A DNA stretch of 61,157 nt, filler included, from Dugesia japonica (lineage: Eukaryota): assembly GCA_001938525.1 (NCBI GenBank). It is 5 parts of 5 records of this genome, joined end to end, with 100 filler letters (N's around TTAATTAATTAA, not from the genome) between each part and the next. Parts side by side here need not be neighbours in the genome. Positions count along the whole stretch, not along the records: positions 11,646 to 20,092 come from MQRL01589800.1; positions 20,193 to 30,294 come from MQRL01600829.1; 3 more parts are not named here. One strand, 5' to 3'. Under the pieces are notes generated by a model, which worked only from the letters and a program-made list of their open reading frames with translations, made no database searches and had not been told where the DNA came from. A program made the translations under genes and the position numbers. This document shows positions 13,503 through 24,936 of this stretch, piece after piece (the stretch's first letter is position 1; every line of letters begins with the position of its first letter).

Positions 13503-14913
13503 ATCGCCGAACCAGCCGCATCTATGTTAAGTGGCACAAGAACCCGTACAGTCGGGACGCAGGGGTTCTTCTGGACCGTTCTAACTTGTCACCAGAAGAA
13601 GCAAATGAAAAAAGGCACTGGGACACTACAGAGCGCCAGGCCTATTATGACCGGTGCGGTCCTAACCGAGCTCGAGAGGTGTTCCGCGCGGTTGACACTG
13701 TTTCTTCGGATAGCCATGGTGAAACGACTACGACCAGAGAGTAGCGCGATGGCCCATCTGTGATTCCGATCACCACTCCGAACTCACCCCGGTTTTCTGG
13801 GCTAGGTGCCTTCATCGATAATATGTTGGATCGACTTCGTGGCTCAGAAAATTAACTGCGTGTAATTTTGAGTAGTAATAATAAAATTCTTGTATAACTA
13901 GGTCTCGTAGCTGTCTTTTTAAAAAAAATTTTACTTTCATTTTTTTACGTAAATAAGATATTTGTTTAAGTATTAACCCATTAATGACTTGTTGAATTTT
14001 GTATAAATATTGATGATTTTCTCTTTTACAGTTCATTCATCGCTAAATCGGTCCACCACTCCAAACAAAACGTTACGCGACACGAGCGAAGACCAGGAAA
14101 TAACATGGAACTTTACCGCCTTGCAAAACGACTATGGGAGGCCAACACAGCTACTGCAGAATGTAAGGTAAAAAGGTATAAAAAGAAATGCATAGCATTC
14201 CGCCAAGAAGCTGAGGTCTCCCATGCCCAAGAGAGGCTTTGGAAAGCTCAAATCGAATCCTTTGCCGAAATCATCCGGTTCCTCCATGACCGTGAAAATA
14301 AACAGGTGAATGATGTTCTTGAATTAAGGAAAAGATGCTGTTAAAACCATTGATGGTGGATAAGGCCACCCAAACACCACACACTTGACTACTTATTTTA
14401 CTAACTTGTTAAACTATAAATAAATATCTTCTCAGTTCGTTAACATTTGTTTGTCATTCATTCTATTTTTAACTCGTAACTATTTTATCAGCTAATTAAG
14501 TCGTAAATTGTATAAGTTAACTTCCATTCTAATTATTGCTATTTGTTTAGTGCCATGAATTCAGTTACCCACCAGCCAGCGTAGATAACATAGACTTATA
14601 CAAAAGCTTCTCGTTGAACAGCACATCAAAAGACAAACCGAGCGTGCCTTGCTTCATCATCTGACACAGCGCAATAGACTGATTAAAAATCTCAATTTAA
14701 TAGTGAAAAAACAAGGGGAGTTAGTTGAGCAGTCAAAACAGTTACTCCTCCATAAAATCGATTTCCTACAGCGTTATATATCAGATTTGTCTAGCCAGCT
14801 AGGAAATGAAGGACGACAACGATGATGGTGCCACGTTTAATTTTTTGCCTGAAGAGCCTACCCAGTGGTTAGACCCGGGTGCTCTCGATTCCATGTAATT
14901 ACTAAAAAATAAA
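13503..14913 (+). pseudogene. Coiled-coil cassette copy 2: exon 13503-13805 plus two candidate alternative last exons (14032-14344; 14551-about 14900)
   Basis: AG acceptors at 13501-13502, 14030-14031 and 14549-14550. ORFs DRRTSRIYVKW..., ...NNMELYRLAKRLWEAN...FAEIIRFLHDRE...*, and ...KLLVEQHIKRQTERALLHHLTQRNRLIKNLN...*. AATAAA at 14419 and 14908. In-frame stops and phase mismatches indicate decay. Confidence 0.55.
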
Positions 14914-15299
14914 TGTTAATTTTCGAATATTGTTGATTTATTTACTAACGGTATGAGAGGGAAAAATAAGGAACCCTAACCAAAGGTATACGAGTGAGTA
15001 CTCCAAGTAAGTGTTGGGAGTCAGCCGCTCTATACTGATAATCTAGTTGAGGGACACTGGATAAATTCTTGAACGGATCCTTTGCGGGCTGTTTTCTCCG
15101 GCCACATTTTTTTTCTACATCTAAATCAGGTGGGACCCCAACAGATCAAATTTTGGCTTGGTATGTCCGTCAGAGTTATCGTGTTTATTTTGTGGTGCAT
15201 TTTAGAAATTTACAGATAGAAAGTGGTTGTATAAATGAGCAAACTCATAATCGATTGTGCGATGAACATCCGAGTTGATAAATTTAAGATCCCGCAAAG

Positions 15300-15767
15300 G
15301 CTCTTTGGATTTTTGAAAATAAAATTTAATTATATGGTCATTCCTTTGTTTTTCCGATCTGAAATTAATTTAGGTTCGTCATTTTTACTTTCATTAATTA
15401 ATTTAATTAATTCTTTTAAATTTATTTTCTTTCACCAATTATTAGTTCAATATGATTTTCTTAGTTTGCCCAATGAACTAATTGTTATTCATGATTTTCT
15501 TTATCTTTCTGATAGCTTCTATTTCTTCTTTTCTTCCTTTTGGCTTAATTATTTCTGGATTATTTCTTGCTGTAACTTTAGATTTTGCTNNNNNNNNNNN
15601 NNNNNNNNNNNNNNAACCTGGGTTTTTCTTTTGATTATTCCTTTCCTTCAATGAATTGTGACTTTCCTTTGTCTGGGTTCTTTGTTTCGCCATTTGGTAA
15701 CTATGTTTTCATTTTCGCTATACCTACCGCCATTTTTATTTTACATTCCAGGTGTTTCACCCCAACA
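15300..15767 (-). mobile_element. Terminal region of an LTR-like repeat (TGTTGGGGTGAAACACC end)
   Basis: The 17-nt end GGTGTTTCACCCCAACA is identical at 15751-15767 and 37671-37687, with looser similarity extending inward. Confidence 0.6.
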
Positions 15768-15949
15768 GTAATATAATATCGTTAATATAATAAATGATTA
15801 CTTTTACAAAAATTTATTTATATAATCAAAACGTTTAGGCGTATTATTTTTCACTTGAAGTTTTAACCACAGTAGGTTTTAACTTTTCAACAGTGATTTT
15901 AAAAATTGGTAATTAGAGTAAGATAGAATATACTATTTATACTAGTGGC

Positions 15950-16540
15950 TATCTAATGGTCATGTGTGTAAATTAAATAAATTATCAATATTTACAATAA
16001 ATTTACATGATTTTAATAAATAACGAAAGAAAGTAATTCATTAAATGAAAGAATGAAATTAATAATTAACAGGAAAAAAATGAAATAAATTAATTATTGA
16101 AGAAAAATTAAAATTAGATTAAATTTTTGCTTAGAAATGAAAAATGTCAATGTAATTAATAAATTAAAAAGAAAAGAAAAATAAAATTAATTTTTTAAAA
16201 AAAATAAATCAGACGAATCAAAATTTATATGAAAATATGGCAAAACGAGGACTTTCCAGTAAGCTAGAAATTAGTGTTTAAGAAAATTCAAGTCAAGAAA
16301 AAATCAGAGATTTCAAAAATTTAAGTTAGAAAATCGTAGCTAGAGCAAGAAAAAAGTTAAAAATTGAACCCAAACCAAAGGAATGCGAGCATGCACTCGA
16401 ATTACGGGTTACGAATTACCGGCTCCATTCCAAAAATCTAGATTTTTGAGACTCTAGATCAAATTCTTCGCGGGGTTTTAGTAAGCCAGACCATCCTAGA
16501 TTCAACTTAAAATTAAACTAACTCTATGGAACCCCAACAG
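15950..16540 (+). repeat. Inverted fragment of the same LTR-like family
   Basis: aagttagaaaatcgta and its flanks (16260-16360) match the reverse complement of 37050-37160. Ends in ggaaccccaaca. Confidence 0.5.
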
Positions 16541-17169
16541 AATAATTATTTAAATTTACATAAAAATTTCAATAATCCAAATCGATTGATAATATAAACA
16601 TTCCAAATAGAATAATTAAATACATTTTAATCACTACAATTTTCATAAATAAAATAAAAGATTAATTAAAATAATAATCAAATACAATATCTAAAATTGT
16701 CAGATAAAATTGTGCGATATATATCTAATGGATTGATTGGGGCATTTGATGATGAGCTGATTGATCTGAGAAGTGTTTGTAGTTGGATAGATCATTGATT
16801 GGTAAATTCTACTTGTGTTCTGAATGTTTTGTTTGTTGTACTTGTTTGTGTATATTTTAGTATGTATTTCTATTACTTTCCGCAACATTTTAAATAATAA
16901 GCATATCATATCAATTCTTACTCACTATCATTCAGTCTTATTGTCTACTTTTATTATTAAATGTCACTTTTTAAAGATTAGTATAGTGAGATCTATGAAA
17001 ATATGATTTGAAAACATTCATAAAAACCCAATATAAAATAGAGAAAATATGGTTACATACACCTAAATGATTGAAAATGGTAGAATGTAGTGCATATGTA
17101 GTCCTCTGTTTTTTCTGCCCCTGCGTGATATAGAAATCTGTAGATCTCCCATATTTTTTTATCAATCTT

Positions 17170-17640
17170 CTTTAGGTTTAGCCAAGTTTTTGTTTTTTTC
17201 TTCTTTGTCTTCTTCCATCCCTTTCTTCCCTGCTTTGATCTGTGCTACATTAATTTTTAACAATCTAGTCTTGAGTTTTTCTGATTTCGCATCTGTGTGC
17301 TCCATCTGACAATGAGTTCATCTGTCACACTATAATCTGCTTAATGTGTCTGCGTTCCCATGTCACATACCTGTATTCTAAATTGATGTCTAGGTTGCTT
17401 AAGAAGTTAATCCACGTTTGAAATTGTCCTGTTATTGGTAATGATTTAATGGTCTCGATTTTGACTGAGTCCGTTTGTATTCCCATCTCACCAATTATGT
17501 GGCCCAAACGTTTTGTCTTTCCTTTCATAAAATTACACTTTTCCGGATTAATTTTCAAATTCTGAATGTCTCGACATATTTTCCCAATAATTCTTCGTTT
17601 ATCATTCATGTAACCAATCTTTCCTGTTTTCTTTTGTTTA
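17170..17640 (-). mobile_element. Ty3/gypsy RT-thumb/RNaseH remnant
   Basis: LKINPEKCNFMKGKTKRLGHIIGEMGIQTD; WINFLSNLDINLEYR. Confidence 0.75.
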
Positions 17641-18479
17641 CAATATACCTTTTATAAATACTTACTCAAAATTATCGACAGGAAAACCAATTGGTAAGAA
17701 GTAATCCCACTGAAAGAAGTATCCGCATCAAACATTTGAAAAAATATTAAATTAAATTGAATTAAACCTAAAATACTTACAAATGTAAATCAGAATGNGT
17801 TAATATTCGTTTGTTCCATTCCCATCAATAAATTGCTTATTAGTTATCAGTGTTCCCTTAGTAAATAAATATCATAACTAGAAATCTTGTTTCGATTACA
17901 TATCTTAAGAAAACAGATTATTAGCATAATAACTGTAAAACCTCAAATGATAATGTTGCATTCCTAATAATGCTCATTTTTCATGCTTAGTATGTCGCTA
18001 AAATTTAGCCAACCATCACGAGAAGAATTATTACACGAACAGAACCCATGTCATACAAAACTGTAAAAGATCAGAAAGTAGCAACTAGAAAGCCAAGAGC
18101 AGGCTCGACAATTGAAGGACAAAAATAAAATCTTAAGCGACCGAGTATGTGACAGTCACAGGGGGGATGCAGAAAAATCGCATGCTTTTAGACATCAACA
18201 TGAGCTATGCTGATCAAGCGCTCACAGCATTGGTAAATACAACAAGACTGTGGTAGGAATTCAACAAGCATGCAGCGGCGTCATCAGTCATTTCGATAAC
18301 AGAAGACATATTCGGGTATTAAATATCATGACCAATGAAATAAATACTTTTACCGTTTGGTAATTTGTTGAAGAAGTATCAAATATCACTGAGAACAGAA
18401 ACCCTCCTTTAAATTTTTCTTCACAAGACGGGATACAGCAAATTCCCGCATGAATTCGAAGAAAGTAAACCATTGAAAA

Positions 18480-19050
18480 TTATGGAGAAACAAGAAGTCT
18501 ATAAATCCTCGGAGCCCATGTTGGAATGAAGAAAAACTATGAAATATAAATTAGATTTTGCTTTTTGGTCAGAAATGATGAGATATTTAAAATATAATAC
18601 AATGCTAATTTTGCATCCGCAGAAAAATCAGTAGTAAAATGATAAGTTTATTCCACGTGAAGTTTGTAATTCAATCGAACAAATTGTTACGAATATAGCA
18701 TATATGAATATCGGTAGATCAAATAAAATATATATGATTATAATCATCCATCAATACATAAAAATGATTGGTCTTACTGCAACAAACAACCAGAATGAAG
18801 CCATTATAGACCACTGTATATACAAATTTTTAAAACCGAAGAAAATGGTGTGGGTCCTCTGTAGTGTATTTGAGTGTATTCTTACAAAACCTATATATTA
18901 AGCTTAATAATTCTACAAATGAGCATAAATGAAAAATCAGAACATTTCGAAACATGATAGCAGAAGAAAAATCTTGGGATGAGTTTCTTACCAGAATAGA
19001 GATTACATTCAATTGTAAAGTATCAAATGCAACAATAATCACCTATGTAA
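18480..19050 (+). mobile_element. Ty3/gypsy integrase remnant, same family as 5090-7186
   Basis: AHVGMKK; FIPREVCNSIEQIVTNIAYMNIGRSNKIYMII; EEKSWDEFLTRIE, closely parallel to 6260-6690. Confidence 0.75.
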
Positions 19051-20092
19051 TTAATATTACAATTAACGAACACAACTTTGGAAATAGAATTGAATGGAAG
19101 AGGAAATTGGGTTATTAGAGAATTCTTAGTATGTTACATTTTAGTAACATACTGGAATTTAAAAATTTTTGGATGCTAATTAAATTAGAAAATTGAATAA
19201 TGAAATTTAAACGCAACTACAAAAAATTAGTGTTGCTTCGTCTCTATTGAAAAACTTTAATTACCTATCAACATTATTGATAAATTATATTTAATCGTTG
19301 TTTTTATTCAAAAAATTAATTACAGATTTAATTAGATTTATTATATTCAAAGTAATTCGAAACTAAATTACAGAATCAAGTTTTAAATGTGGTTTAATAT
19401 CGTTTAAACAGCAAATTATTTTAAAATAACATCGAATAGAAAAAATTCAAACAGAAGAAAGCAATATTTCTTGGAATATTAATAACATAATTAATGGAAC
19501 TCAGCATACAGTAAATAATGATTTGGTGGTAAACAAAATGAATATTCGACCCCATGAAAAGATAATCCACTGAAATTATGTTATTTGAATTAATTGACCA
19601 ATTAATTATAGCGATACCAGAGTTTAGGATTGAAATTATTAAGATTAATCAAATCTTGGTAATTTTCTAATGTTAGCTGGATTTCGAATAAATTCCCTTA
19701 AAATCACAACTGCATTGTAAATGAAATCATTATTTCTTTTACATTACTCATTGTCGATTAATCTCTAAACTCATACTGCTGCTTTCATAGATTCCTTACA
19801 ATCGTTTAGAAGATTTCTCGAAGGCTGAGTGAATATTAAATTCAGTATTTCATAAAATCCATTAAATTACCTACAAGAATCCATTGTGAATTCAATAAAA
19901 ATCTGATTGGCTACAACTTGAAATGTCTAAAACTGAATGTAAATAACAAAATATTAACAACCCAATGAATTAGTGATTTGGAATATTTTACATTCTTATT
20001 TCATCACTACAGCTGAAATATTTCGATTACTAATTTAGTTCTACATTTCTCTAAAATAGGATTAGCATACATCAAAAGTAAGTCAACAATCA

Positions 20093-20192
20093 NNNNNNNN
20101 NNNNNNNNNNNNNNNNNNNNNNNNNNNNNNNNNNNNTTAATTAATTAANNNNNNNNNNNNNNNNNNNNNNNNNNNNNNNNNNNNNNNNNNNN
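20093..20192. other. Artificial scaffold linker
   Basis: 44N-TTAATTAATTAA-44N. Confidence 0.97.
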
Positions 20193-20803
20193 GTATAAAT
20201 ATATATAATATAAATGTTGTAATTTTTTGTACTGGTACCGTTATTGATTTTCACTTCGAATCGAAACCGTTGCTAACGAGGTGGCCCCAAAATTCTATTT
20301 ATACATTGTCTAGAGTACTTGATGTGAAAAGTGCTTCGTTCTCAATATAAAGGGTAGAAGTGCAGTGTCGCACTTGATCGGTATCGAGCATTTGAGATAA
20401 AATTGTTTCAGTTCTGACATTTATAGTCCAATCAAGACAAATTTGGTATCAACGGATACATAATCGGATGATACACATTTCTATGATTTTTGCAAAGTCA
20501 AGGAAATTAATACTCAATTCAATAATTGGTGAACTTTTTCCAATATAGAAATCGAGGATTTGATACAATTCGATGGAGAATTAAAAACTACTTAAACATT
20601 GCCTAAAGAACTATTTATTTTTTTTAAAAGAACGATTTATTTTGTTTTGATGCAGTAATCTTAAATTTTCTATTTTTATCATATTTTTACAAGTTTATTG
20701 TTTTAATTAACTCAATTAGTATGTATTTTATGTAAACTTGTTATAGTATTTGTAATTCTGATCCGATGGCGACAAGTAAGGTATCGTTGGATATGTAATA
20801 AGG

Positions 20804-21495
20804 CAGGGGTTCCCAACCTTTTTTGTATTTCGCACCCCCATTAAAACTATTATTTTATGGCATGCAATTTATGGAAAAAGATGGTAAGTAGGATAAAAAG
20901 TTGCAAATCAAACAAAATTATTAAAAATTTTATTAAACATATTATGAAATCATATTTAATGACTTTTTTGTTCTTGTTTTTGTTTTATTAATTTTTCGAA
21001 TCTTGGATTTTTTTCGCTAATTGCAATTCGCAGATCTGATTGTGTATTCAAGAGATTTCTATGCTTGACTTTTTTTATGATAGAAAGGAACTAAATTCAG
21101 ATTTGCACAAGAAAGTTGTGACAAATGGAATAAGGAGAGATAGTGATTTCTTCCCAATCCTTGGGTAAAAATTTAAAGTTGAACACCAGAACTTTTCAAC
21201 AGTTTCATTTTTGAATTTTATTTTGAGATTACGATTAGCCCTCAAATCAATTAGTTCATCTTTCAGATGGTCATCATCTGAAATTCTTTCCTAATTGTAC
21301 AAAAAATGGTTTTTAATCCATTTTTCTGAAGATTTTAACTCTCCAAAAATGAATTATTTATTTATTTATTTAATAACATTGTAAAATTTCAATTTCTTTT
21401 AAAAATTACATTTCAAAATATCAATGGATTATATAATTTCATTAAAAAAATGTTTTAAAAATTGATTATTGTTAATTTTACTTCGCACCCCCAAA
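20804..21495 (-). mobile_element. hAT (Buster-like) remnant with transposase C-terminus
   Basis: TIR CAGGGGTTCCCAACCTTTTT. Minus-strand IGKKSLSLLIPFVTTFLCKSEFSS..KHRNLLNTQSDLRIAIS. Subterminal TTCGCACCCCCA is repeated at about 20829 and 21482. Confidence 0.8.
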
Positions 21496-23549
21496 ATTTT
21501 ATTTCGCTGATGGATTTTTCTATGATTGTATGTATGTTTTGAAAAGCGAGTTGAAATTTTTGTGTTCGGAGATCATTTTTCATAAAATCATTTTATTTAA
21601 AAATATTTAAATTTTGGATGAAAATTTAAATAACATGAGTATTTGTTTTAAAATTTTAAATAACAATTTAATAATAAAGTAAAAATTTTGTGTAAAATTT
21701 TAAAAATGATCACCAATTAAAACATGGAATTTTAATTTGTTTGAATAAACAAAAAGTATTGGATATTGTTTTTGTTTTGTGAATACATCTTTTATGGAAA
21801 TGAGTTTTGTCATTAATGATCCGACGAGTACTTAAAACTCNNNNNNNNNNNNNNNNNNNNNNNNNNNNNNNNNNNNNNNNNNNNNNNNNNNNNNNNNNNN
21901 NNNNNNNNNNNNNNNNNNNNNNNNNNNNNNNNNNNNNNNNNNNNNNNNNNNNNNNNNNNNNNNNNNNNNNNNNNNNNNNNNNNNNNNNNNNNNNNNNNNN
22001 NNNNNNTTTTAAAAATAGTTTGTATGCGCATTGCATTCATGTAATATGTATATAGCATGCTTATAAGTATAAATAATAAACATTTTGTACAAGATATAAG
22101 AAGTCCAAAATTTTCAAAACATTTATTAAACGTATAACAACATTGTTTTAATTAATTACGAAATAGATCACAAAATCTTTGCAATCAAGATTTTCTTTTT
22201 GAACATCCTTAATGTTAGCTACAAGTTTTTCAAATTCTTCAACAATTTCTTAAAAATATTCGCGTTTACCGAGAAGTTCAAAAAATATTTGTTAAATCTT
22301 TAATAAATCTAATATTTGTTAAACGATTTCTGCATTGGTCTGATACTATATTCGCGTATGACTTCGTTAAGGTCAATTTCTGTGAAAAGTTTGATGTGAT
22401 TCCAATAAATTTTCGGAGTCCAGTATATACTGAATCTTTTCGTAGGTTTTTGAATTTTTCTTCAAAGATTTCTATAATGATTTCGGAAATAATAATTAAT
22501 TAATTGGATAAATAACCATTATGACTTATAACCATTCCTCCTTTTTGATTCCTATAGTGTCTTCTGCTATTTCGTTTTCAATATCCACATATTCTTGTTT
22601 CACAGGTTTTTCCAATCCATTTTCTATATCATATTTATATTCCGTATTATATTCATTTTCTTCTGTATAATTGTTAATTTTTTAAATTGATACTAAATTG
22701 ATTTAGTTTATATACATTCCATATAGTTAAATTCAATTAATCAAAAGTCATCTTGAATCTAATTGGTTAATTGAATCTAACCTTTTTCAATTATTTGTTC
22801 TTCTGTTCATGTCAGTAAATTTTTTATCCTGATTTTGATTGGATATTATTAAAAACTATTAATATCTGGTTTAAATTTTTTGATTAAAATTTCTTCGTGT
22901 TTTTCTTCTATGGAGTGCTGATATATAGTAGGAATCTAATATTTCCCAATTTATAATATTTTAGTCAGCATGAATATTATTATCATGTATGAAATGTTTA
23001 AAGACTTCACTCTTCTTCTGTTTGATATGTTATTTGATTCTAGTTCTGATTGTTCCAAAGGTTTCACATATGTATGATTTATTGCATATGGTACAAATAA
23101 TTTTATAAGTTATATTTTTATTACATATTGTTAGGTCTCGTGGGTAAGACTAAAACTGAAAATGCTGAAAATTTTGACTGCAAATAAATTAAATGAAAAC
23201 ACATGTAGGTGATTTTAAATATAAATAATAAAATTAATAACTAAGATAACGAATTTATGTTTCTAAAATTTTATTATAAATAAAGTTTACAAATTATTTA
23301 GAAATTATTAAATTTTACAGTTAAATAGGAACCGCGAAATTTTTGGCAGTAGCGTATAACGCTCTATTTAAAATTTTATAGAAGGAGTGAAAACGGTATA
23401 ACACAACTGACCTGATAAAATAAGAAAGGCGGGACTAATGTTTTCTCACCACACTTTAATATTTAAAGAGTTTTAATTTTAGGTGCAGGATTTTGTGAAC
23501 AAGCAAATTACCAATACGTCAATTTTATAATATTTCAATATTGTTAAAA

Positions 23550-24936
23550 ATGGTAAATAAAAAAAGAATAATAGTATTGTTGGGCTGGAACACTAAATCG
23601 GTTAAGAAAATACAGGTCAGGGAAATAATAAGGTGAGATAATGTTGTGGTATGATTTCTGAGATTATTTTTGTGTATAGATTTATTATATGAATTTCGAA
23701 TGCTGTGTACGGATTATGTATGAAAAATAAGATTATCATTACCATTATTATTAACATTAACAGGCCGAAGAAAGGTTCGCTGTTTGTTATTTTTATTCTT
23801 GCCTGCTTGAAATTCTATTTAATATTAATACCAGAAAAATAAATAAATTTTGTTTATAGATAATGACAGCCTACTTTAAGCCGCACATTCCGCTTGTGCT
23901 TTCAAGTGACGGTGATGAGGGAACATTCTGGATTCCACGGAGGAATGCGGTGGAATTGCTGGATGAGCAGAAATTAATCTTTGAAAAGGAAAAAACAGAG
24001 ATCAAGCAGGGACAACAAGTATTGATTCAAAAAATTCGAGATCTGAGAAAACGCCTACAGGAGCTCCAAAACGACAACCAACGTCTAGAAAGTAAAATGG
24101 CTCAAAGGTAAGTAGAGATGCGTGAAATGGCGGAGGATGACCAGCAGTCCGCTCAACTACTCGCGACTCATCGAGCTTTGACGGAGCGTATGAGTTCACG
24201 ATTAAAACTTCGAATAACGGATGAAACTGGGGTTACGACCGAGGTACGAGACACAGTGATTGTCAAAGTGGAATCGATACTAAATAATGTTGAGTGTAAC
24301 AGAATTCTGTTTTTAATTGGGTTCAATGTTAATGAGAGATTGGGTTTGAGTGATATGTAAGTCACCTTGTTAGTGAAAATTTCTTCTTTCTGCAGATGCA
24401 GTATTAGTTTTAAGATATTTCATTTAATTACTATTTATTAATTTATTACGAGGGTAAATGCGAAGTGAATCTTATTTACTTTGGCCATTCAACAAATTTT
24501 ACGTCAATGTGAATCACTGTAACTTACAATTGTTCTTTCTTCAATTCATATTGTTTACATATCTTATAACATTTATTGCAATTAAATTATGTCTAAAATT
24601 TTAGTGAACAAATCTAATAATGAGAAGATATTGAAAAGAGATGTAATAGCAGCGAAGCAAAGGTGGAAGGATGAGAAGCGCAATTTACGCAATGAAATTC
24701 TACAATTAAAAGGACAACTGAATCGGTCCTCATCAAAATTCGACCAGTTAAAGGAGAAGGAGTTGGCTCTTCAGCAGGCCAACCGCCTTATGGCCGATAT
24801 TATTAAGATATATGCCGATCGTGAGTCCACAATGTTTCACACGCTGCGAACATTGTGGTTAAATGCCAGAAGAGTCAACCGAGTTAATAGCGCAAACAGT
24901 AGATCTAGATGCCGAATGACGGAAGGGAAGCTGTAA
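23550..24936 (+). CDS. Coiled-coil cassette copy 3: micro-exon gene model (23550-23552, 23616-23632, 23764-23774, 24605-24936), 120 aa, plus a degenerate proximal last exon from 23860
   Basis: All introns GT-AG. 3+17+11+332=363 nt in frame: MVREIIRPKKVNKSNNEKILKRDVIAAKQRWKDEKRNLRNEILQLKGQLNRSSSKFDQLKEKELALQQANRLMADIIKIYADRE...GKL*. AATAAA at 24944. Confidence 0.5.
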
